This document shows positions 53,515 to 64,000 of a stretch of DNA of 64,000 nt, one piece after another (the stretch's first letter is position 1; each line of letters begins with the position of its first letter). The stretch lies in the NCBI RefSeq assembly GCF_009914755.1, contig NC_060937.1; one strand, given 5' to 3'. The notes beneath the pieces are model-generated. The model saw only the letters and a list, made by a program, of their open reading frames with translations, ran no database searches and was not told the origin of the DNA. The translations under genes were made by a program, and so were the position numbers. Source of the stretch: the human T2T-CHM13v2.0 reference genome, Homo sapiens.

Positions 53515-55930
53515 GAAAAATTTACTGCTTCATGAAGGTAAAATTAACAATGTATGCCTCATATCTCAAGTGTACAATCTGATAAATGTTGACATATGTA
53601 CACACTAGTGAAATCATAATCACAATCAAGAAAACATACAAAAATCCTATCACCCCTAATGGTTTTCTTGTGTTGTTTTGTAATCTCTTTCTCTCTCATC
53701 CCTCCCTATCACCTAGCCCAAGTCCACAAGCAACCATTGATCTGATTTCTGTTGCAATAGATAATTTTCATTTTCTAGAGATGTGTTTGAATAGAATCGT
53801 CTAGTTGGTGGCTTCTTTCACCCAGAATAATTACTTAGAGATTCACCTATTTGTTGCTGTGTCTATATTAATTCATTTTCCTTGCTGAGTTGTATTCCAT
53901 TGAATGGTTTATAACAATTTGTTCCTCTATTCTCTTGTTGCTAGACAATTGTATTGATTCTAGCCATTGGCTATCACAAATAATGCAGCTATAAACAATA
54001 ACTCACAAGTCTTTAGACAAATGCTTTCACTTCTATTGGGTAAAGACCTAGTATTATAGTGGCTAAGTCATATTGTATATATTTAACTTTTTAAGAAACG
54101 AGCTATTTTCAAAAGTAATTTTACTATTTTACATTTCCACCAGTAGTTTTGATTCACATTGATGCTGTTACTTGCTATGGTCAGTCTTTTCAAATTTAAT
54201 CCTTCTACCAGGAATGTAGTGGCATTTCATTGTGTTTTTAATGTATACTTTCCAAATATATAATGATATGGAGCTTCTTGTCATATGATTATTTCATTTG
54301 TCTAGCTTCTTTCTTGAATTGTCAATTCAAATATTGTGCCTATCTAAGCAAAAGGACTGTTTCTTATTATTGAGTTTTGGAAGTTCTTTATGAGTGCAAG
54401 ATCTTAATTTTTCCCCACTTTTTGGGTTGATTCTTTCCTGAACAGTTCTTTTAAAAGAGCAGGAATCCTTCATTCTGATGAAATTTGATTTATCGCTGTT
54501 TTTCTTTAATGGATTGAGCTTTTGGTGTTATAACTAAGAAATATTTGTCAAATAAGATCTTTAAGATTTTCCTATTATCTTCTAAAAGTTTTAGTGTCAC
54601 TATTATATATGGATGTATGATAAATATCTAGTCATTTATTATATAAAGTGAGAAGTAAGAGAAAGGTTAATAATTTTTTTTCATATGGTTCTTCGGTTGT
54701 TTTAACACCAATCGTCTTGGAATCTTTGTCAAAACCAATTGAACATATATGTGTAGGTCTACATCTGCATCTACATTTCTTTTTCATTCCTGGTATTATA
54801 AATTTCTGTCTCTTTTTTTTTCTAATCATTCTGACTGGACTTTTCTGAATTTTATCAATCTTATCAAATAACCAAAGTTTAGTATTATTGATTATCTTTA
54901 TTATTTTGATTTTCTGTTTTGTATTTATTTGGTTTCTGATATTTCACATCTCTTACTTAATTTTGGATTTAATTTGCTCTTTTTTGAATTTCTTAAGGTA
55001 CAATATGAAGTCATTGTTTGAAGAACTTTCTTATGTCTAACATTAGTATTTAGTGCTATTAATATCCCAATAAGAACTGCTTTAGCTGCATCCCACAAAT
55101 TATGTCATGTAGTACTTTATCTTCATTCAAATATTACTCAAAATAATTTCTTAACACCTTTTGACTTAATATTTGACCCATGAATTACTTGAATTTCTTT
55201 TAGTTAGTTTCTAAATAATTTAGCATGTGTACTTCTGTTACTACTTTTAATTTAATTTTGTAGTTGTCAGAGACCATCTTTATATGATTTTAATTTTTAC
55301 ATATTTATCAAAGCTTGTTGTATGACCCGTATTGTGATATGTTGGTAAGCATCCTGTGCATGACTGAAAAGAATATGTCTCCACTATTCTTGAGTGGGAT
55401 CTTATATAAGTGATAATTTGGTCAAGTTGGTGGATAGTCATGTTTTATATTCATATGCAGTTTCTGTATAATTGTTCTATAAATTATGAAGACAAGTTAT
55501 TTACATTTATCATAATGATGTATTTATCTATTTGACTTTGCAGTTCTGTCAGTTTTTTGGCACATATGTCTGCTTGAAGAAATGACAACTGTATTCTTAT
55601 AAAATTACATTTTAATTCTTTGTAATAGTGTTTGCTATTGAATCTCTTATGTCTGATGCACATATAGTAATACCAGGTTTATTTGTATTGATGTAAGCAT
55701 TTTATATCTTTTTCAAGCCTTTCTTTTAAAAACATTTGTTTTGTACATTTAAAGTGGATTACTTTTAGATAACGTAGAATGGGTCTTTACTTTCTTCAAT
55801 CTGAAAATCTCGGCCTTGTAATTGGGATATTTAGATCATTTATATTTAATTTGATGGTTGTTGTTATTTGGTTTTTCAAATTGTTTGCATTAAATATTTT
55901 TATTATATCTTGTGTTAATTTATCAGATAA
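53515..55930 (-). mobile_element. L1ME1/L1MD-like 3'UTR and ORF2 fragments
   Basis: aagtgtacaatctgataaatgttgacatatgtacac, caaccattgatctgatttctg, ttttacatttccaccag, actgctttagctgcatcccacaaatt. Confidence 0.85.
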
Positions 55931-56159
55931 CACTTTTTTGTTTTGTTTTGTTTTTCAATTTTTATGGATTTGGGAAATATAATTATACTGTAACTGGAGG
56001 TAGTTTTTTTAAATATGTGTTTTGAGTGGGGTTGAGCATATTATATCAGTTACTTTACAGTTTTCATCAAATTTGAAAGTTTTTTCGAGCTTTTTTCAAA
56101 AGTGTAATTAGAACACAGCCCAAACAATTCCACTTCTTAAATTGAATCAGATATTGAAA

Positions 56160-56260
56160 ATATTTACCTATAGTTAACAATATTATTTTGTAGATTTAAA
56201 ATTTTATTAAAGGGGCAGGTTTTATGTTATGTTCTCACCAAAATTAAATTAAATTTTAAA
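56160..56260 (+). mobile_element. L1MB-like extreme 3' end
   Basis: ctatagttaacaatatt...aaaattttattaaaggggcagg...gttctcaccaaaat. Confidence 0.5.
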
Positions 56261-57090
56261 GTATTTATAAGTAAGTTAGGGAGCTTCATAAATATATTTT
56301 CGTGACAAAAATGCATTTTCATGAAAGTGACAAACCATATACTGTATTCGATTATTGAAAAGCCAAAAGGAAGTATATGACTTTAGAGCTGCTTTCTGAT
56401 TGTTCAGAAAAGGCAAAATATAATTTTGAAGAGAAATCTAGATATGTTGTAATAATACAGCATACAAAATAATTTATTATGTAAATTTCATATCCTTTAA
56501 GACAACATACATTACTAATACCCATCATTTATTTGGAAAATATGTACCAGAACAGGCACAGGAAATTAAGCTTTACATCTGTTAACTCACTTAAGTCTTT
56601 GGTTGCCTGTCATAACCTTCACATATTTGAAGATTATAGGACAATTATTTATAAATGTCCTTCAACAAAGGTTTGCACAATGTTTCTTTAGGTCCAGATA
56701 ATAACATAATTTGCAGGAATATCACAGCAGAAAGACTGCTTTATTCTTATTTCATTCTCTAAGGTGTTACATGTTTCCGATTCGTCCAAACAAGCAATAT
56801 GAACAATTGCTTGTTTAAGATAATGCCTGCCAGCCTTCTTGATTATAGAGTTACTCAGTTTCCATTGTATTTTAAAACATTTTGTGGAAATGAACTTTCG
56901 AAACTTTGTAAATATACCTTTCATTATCCAATTTTCAATCTACTTATATATATTCTTCCTGACTTGTAGCTTTCTGATTGTTATATTGGCAATAGCCCTA
57001 TCATTCTCTATGGCGATGCTCAGATTGTACCACGTTTGGCTTGTGAGAATATCTCCAAGCTGACCATATCTTTCTGGCATGTCCCCATCA

Positions 57091-57410
<320 letters not shown>

Positions 57411-57680
57411 TAATTCTTCACTTTCTGGTATACAACCAGTATTTCAAATTAATTATGTTCTTCCGACAATGAACTCACATCAGACATTACTCTAAAGAAC
57501 CCTAGTTTGTTTTTTTAGTTTGTTTTTTAGAGGAAGTTTGTATTCAATAACTGAGTTGTAGATAGTATGTGTGATGCTACTGTTTGCAGGCCTGGGCAGA
57601 ATACTGGACAGAAGATACACACAGAAGTATGCGAGTTCATACTATCATTTCTAATTTGAATACAAACTATCAGGTTGCAG

Positions 57681-58674
<994 letters not shown>

Positions 58675-58730
58675 TTATGTGACTTGGCTCCCATAAGCCT
58701 TAATATATTTTCTTGCTTAACTGCTACTCC

Positions 58731-59142
58731 TGTGTTAGTTCCTAAGCATGCTATAATCAAATACCATAAATCGGATGGTTTGACCAACAGCAACTTATTT
58801 TTGCACAGTTCTGAAAGCTAGAAGTCTGAGATTCAAGGTGTCATGAGGGTTTGTTTCTTCTGAGGGCGATGGGGGAAGGATCTGTTCCTGGCCTCTCTCC
58901 TTCACTTGTACATGGCTACCTTTTCCCTGTGCCTTCACATTGTCTTCCCTCTTGCATGTCTGTGTCCAAATTTCCTTTTCTCATGAGAATATCAGTCATA
59001 TTGGACTAGGGACCTTCCTGATTACTTTATATTAACTCCCATCTATATAAAGACCCTATGTCTGTATACTATCACATTCTAAGGTGCTAGGGTTTATGAC
59101 TTTAACATAGGAACTGGGGACAGCACAATTCAGACCATCATA
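58731..59142 (-). mobile_element. MLT1B-like solo LTR
   Basis: tgtgttagttcc start, cacagttctgaaagctagaagtctgag, gaaggatctgttcc, cacattctaaggtgctaggg, cacaattcagaccat end. Confidence 0.88.
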
Positions 59143-59178
59143 TTCCCTATGTGAAACCATTTTTTTTATTTGTTTTAG

Positions 59179-59562
<384 letters not shown>

Positions 59563-60339
59563 TGACACTCTGCACAGACCAGCCTCTTACGTGTAAACTC
59601 TCCTAACTGCCTGAGCTCTAACACCCTATGCTAGGCTGTACTTTGGTGTGGATCCTTTACTTATCCCACTCCAGGCTAGCCCCCTGCTATAGTAACCCTC
59701 CATATCCTTCTTAGTGTTTACGCTCTGTGTTAGGGAATTCTTTATTTTAAGGGAGTTGTATTGCTGAAAAAAATCCAAATGTTGCCCAACGATATCCTTT
59801 TGACCTTTGAATGGCTAAAGCAATCCAAATAGTTCTGAACTATCTCATTATCAGAAAATATATAGTGAAGTGTAGTATCCAAAAAGAGAGTCCTCTCAGT
59901 CCCAAATCAGATGGAAAAATTGAACATAATAACACTTCTTAGATTTTCAACCAGAGTACCAAATAAATTAGCTGACCAAAGAAAAATTATTCATTGCCAG
60001 GCCAAGTGTTCCTTGTCATGTCTGTCCCTCAGGAAATCACGTGAGCTTTTGTAGCAGATGTTTATTGCATGCACCTACACTAAAACAAACTTCACTGGAT
60101 AATTCCGGGATTTTTATGCTTTTTTAAACAAATGAGACATTTTAATTGCCAGGTTGTCTGTTGCAAGTAGATAAATGCTCTGTTGGATGAGAGTCATTGT
60201 ACTGCATATCGTAAATCCTTGATGTGGGGTTACCTTGATGTGGAGTTAGAAGCAACAACTGGATGTTAAAGTTTTGGATTACAAAGTTTTACTTTATATG
60301 CCTTTTGTGGGGATAAGTACATCTTCAAATAATGAAATA

Positions 60340-60585
60340 ATCAATTCTAAAAATGAATGCACAGAAAGGCCAAAATAGGCCCAGCTTGCTACGGGATTTG
60401 TCACCTCACACCGGATGAGAGGGTACAGAAACCAAATGAACTTGAATGACCGGCAAAAATAATGAGCCACCAAGTAAATCAGCCATGAAACTTACCTGTT
60501 CTCTGGATTCCTGATTATATGATATACTTGTTTCCTTATCATTTAACACATTTTATCTTGAGATTTATATTATTAGCTGATACAG
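60340..60585 (+). mobile_element. Possible old MLT1 (J/K-like) LTR 3' part
   Basis: ctctggattcctgattatatga...tttccttatcatttaa...agctgataca resembles MaLR LTR ends. Confidence 0.4.
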
Positions 60586-60697
60586 GATACCCTGGCAGTA
60601 TTGCAACCTTCAACAAGATAAGGCCATAAGTGAACACAACTCATGCATATAATAGAGCTTGTCAGCACCTTTTTGTACCTCAGTCTTTAAAAAAAAT

Positions 60698-61113
60698 CTT
60701 TAAAAAATATTTTTACAAAATATAGCACACATGTAGAAACATGCACAAACCTTAAAAGTATAGCTTACCAGCTGTTCATAACTTTTGACAAACTATGGTT
60801 TAGCTTTGTATCTTTTGGATATTATATGTGGAAGCAAAAGGTGTATTATTTGGTGTCTAAATTTGTTTAACTTTACAAAATGTTTGCAATATTCATATAT
60901 GCAGTCGCATGTGTACTTCATTTATGTTTAGTGTATAAATGTATCACAATTTGCTTTCTTATACAATACACATTTGGGTTGTATACAGTTTTAGACGTTA
61001 ATAGGTAATACTGTTTTGGATTATTGTGCATATCTACTGATGTAAACATGCCATGTTCTGTTAGGAATAAACATGAGAAGTAGCTGGATGAGAAAGTATG
61101 CATATTTTCAACT
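60698..61113 (-). mobile_element. L1ME3-like 3' fragment
   Basis: gtagaaacatgcacaaaccttaaaagtatagctt, catttgggttgtatacagtttt, gtatgcatattttcaact. Confidence 0.65.
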
Positions 61114-62245
61114 TGTCTGTTCAATGTGATCTATTGAACCATTGCTTTTTTTCTGGACAAAGAATTTTTGCCTGGGACTCTCAGATATCCAGAATCATCG
61201 TGAATAGCTGATTAAGATCTCTCTTTGAGACTATTACTACGTAAGATTGCAAGAAGGCGTGCATAGCCAGATTATAAATTGCAGGGGCAAGGACCTCTGA
61301 AGCTCAGTGAGATACTTACATATGGTAATAGTGTATTGGCAGTTGGCTACTCTAGCAATTTCTAATTTTATAACTTTCTCTTTAGCAGGATTAAACTTAC
61401 ACTTTCCACAAGACAAAAAAATTATATCTGGCAAATTTTAAATTTAAAGAGCTAGACTTTTGATTCCTTGATTCATTACCATGGCCTTTTATAGGTGACA
61501 CAGAACAGAGGTACATTATAAGTCTTGCAGGATAATACAGGGTTTTAAATTACTTCAATTTTTGTGTCCTTTTAAATAAATTTGTACAACTCTTAGACTA
61601 TATTACATCTTGTACTGAAGTAGCGACTGGTATCTGTGTCTAAGAGGAATAAATGCAATCTAGACAAGCAAATGAAATGATAAAAATTAGTAGAGCATGT
61701 TTCAAGTCTAAGATAAAATATAAATACAGGAAAATTCTCCTGTTCCTTCTCATAAATATTTGAAAATACTGATTTAATATGTAAGTAGACACTGTATATT
61801 CAAGAATGTAACTTGTGACTATGATTCATTTATCTACTTTGACCAGAGACCTGTTTGAACAGAATATTTCCATCAGTGCAACATTATCTTAAAACACACA
61901 CCATCAAATTAAAATTCATTAGTACAAACAAAGTGCACCAGGATTAGTCTTTAAGGAGAAACTCATATCTGGCGTAAATACAGTCAACATTTAACTTGAG
62001 ATATTAATATAATTGAATTGGTCTGTGTTAATCTTGTAAAATTTGATGTTATTCTGTATTTTTTATCTTAGAAGAGAAGCTGTAAATAAGTTCATTAGGT
62101 GCTAGTATATGGCATGTATGCTCTGAACATGTGGACACTTTTTAAACTATATTCTTCTAAGCAACTGCAGCTCTGAAAATCAAAATTCCACATAAAATTT
62201 ATTTTAAAAATAGAAAACATCCCTATGCTTTTTTAAGACCAGTCG

Positions 62246-62248
<3 letters not shown>

Positions 62249-62291
<43 letters not shown>

Positions 62292-62306
62292 GTGTGTGTG
62301 TGTGTA
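62249..62306. repeat. (TA)n(TG)n microsatellite abutting the Alu tail
   Basis: Direct reading. Confidence 0.92.
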
Positions 62307-62614
62307 TTTTTTTTTTTTTTTTTTGAGATGGAGTCTCGCTGCGTCACACAGGCTGGAGTGCAGTAGCGGGATCTCGGCTCACTGCAACCTTTGCCTCCTG
62401 GGTTCAAGTGATTCTGCTGCCTTAGCCTCCTGAGTAGCTGGGATTACAGGCATGTCCACTACGCTTTGCATTTTTTTTTTTTTTTTGTATTTTCAGCAGA
62501 GACTGGGTTTCGCCATGTTGGCCAGGCTTGTCTCGAAATCTTGACCTCAAGTGATCCACCGTCCTCGGCCTCCCAAAGTGCTGGGATTAGAGGCATGAGC
62601 CACTGCGCCCGGCC
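62307..62614 (-). mobile_element. AluS (Sz/Sx-like)
   Basis: Full dimer with gacctcaagtgatcc and expanded middle T-run. Confidence 0.95.
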
Positions 62615-62644
62615 TCAATTCTATTTTTAAATGTAACTGTATTT

Positions 62645-64000
62645 ATTATAGTTTTTATTTTATATTCTGCACAAACATGTGCAGGTTTGTTACAAGAGTA
62701 TGTTACATAATGCTAAGGTTTAGATTTCTATTGCTCCTATCACCCAAATAGTAAACACAGTACCCAATAGGGAGTTTTTCAGCTCTTGCTCCTTTCCCTT
62801 CCTCCTTCCTTTTGGGGTTCCCAGTGCCTATTGTTCCTGTCTTTATGTCTGTGTGAATCCAATATTTAGTTCCTGCTTATGAGTGGGAACATGCAATATT
62901 TGGTTTTCTATTTCTATGCTAATTCACTTAGAATAATGGCCTCCAGCTCCATCCACATTACTGCAAAGAACTGGATTTCATTCTTTTCTATAGCTGCATA
63001 GTACTCCATGGTGTATATGTACCACATTTCTTTATACAGTCCACCATTCATGGGCACCTAGGTTGATTCCATACCTTTGCTATTGTGAATGGTGCTGCAA
63101 GGAACATACAGGTGCATAGGTCTTTTTGATAGAACAATTTATTTTCCTTTGGCTATATACTCAGTAATGGCTTTACTGGGTTGATTGTTAGTTCTATTTT
63201 TAGTTATTTGAGAAGCATATAAACTGTTTTCCACAGGCTATGAACTAATTTGCATTCCCACCAGCAGTGTGTACGTATTTCCTTTTCCTTGCAACTAGCC
63301 AACATCGATGACTTTTTGACTTTTTAGTACTAGCCATTCTGACTGGTGTGACATGGCATCTCATTGTGGTTTTGATCTGTGTCTCTGATAATTAGAGATG
63401 GTGGAGCATTTTGTAACATGTTTTTTGACCGCTTGTCTGTCTTCTGAGAAATATCTGTTTTTTTTTTGCCCACTTTTTAATGGGGTTTAAGTTTCTTATA
63501 GATTCTGGATATTAGACCTTTATAGGATGCATAGTTTGCAATATTTTTCCCAATCTGTAGTTTGTCTATTTACTCTGTTGATAATTTATTTTGCTGTACA
63601 GAAACTCTTTAATTTAATTAAGTCCCATTTGCCTATTTTTGATTTTGTTGCACTTGCTTTTGGGGTCTTCATAAAAAATTTCTTCACCTAGGCCAGTGTC
63701 TAAAAGAGCATTTCCTAGGTTTTCTTCTAGAATTTTCATAATTTTTCTTATATTTAATTATTTAATCAATCGAGTTAATTTTTGTATATAGTGGGAGGTA
63801 GGGGTCCAAGTTCATTCTTCTGCTTTTTGTTAGCCAGTTTTCAAAGGAGGATTTATTGAAGGGATTCCTTTCTCCATTGTTTATTTTTGCCAACTTTGTT
63901 GAAGATCAGTTGGTTGTAGGTGTATGTGACTTTACTCAGGGGACTTTATTCTGTTTCATGGCTCTATTTTTTTTTAACCAATATGCTGCTGCTTTTGTTA
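62645..64000 (-). mobile_element. L1PA16/17-like 3' region, running off the window end
   Basis: catgtgcaggtttgttaca, cacccaaatagtaaacacagtacccaatagg, ggcctccagctccatcca, tgaactaatttgcattcccaccagcagtg. Confidence 0.92.

Noticed and set aside
60217-60248. 16-bp tandem duplication ccttgatgtgg(g/a)gtta
   Set aside because: A common slippage duplication with no further structure.
60490-60498. Perfect minus-strand splice donor CAG|GTAAGT
   Set aside because: It lies in a probable old LTR and has no convincing upstream acceptor.

Overview
This is AT-rich, CpG-depleted primate (very likely human or great ape) nuclear DNA, intergenic or deep intronic. I found no recognisable protein-coding gene, RNA gene, CpG island or CRISPR-like system. 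Much of the window is transposable-element debris. It includes about 14 Alu copies or fragments and many L1 fragments (L1PA2, L1PA16/PB, L1MA/MB/MC/ME). LTR elements comprise two LTR-internal-LTR MaLR proviruses (MLT1A0-like at 6.9-9.4 kb, THE1 at 46.5-49.3 kb) and solo LTRs (THE1, MST, MLT1, MLT2, MER67-like). DNA transposons (MER94, MER30, MER5, MER6, Tigger3b, Tigger13a, MER103), L2/MIR relics and microsatellites make up the rest. The only ORF with recognisable protein homology is the C-terminal remnant of L1 ORF2p (57832-58644). The other ORFs are repeat-derived or chance. I see no evidence of a novel biological system. The best leads are a perfect 28-bp inverted repeat at 35310-35370, a THE1 provirus with discordant LTRs, a head-to-head AluY pair 59 bp apart inside a triple-used target site, a candidate 95-nt minus-strand exon, and a T55 expansion in MER30. 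Subfamily names come from my recollection of consensus sequences, not from a database search, and boundaries of old repeats are approximate.
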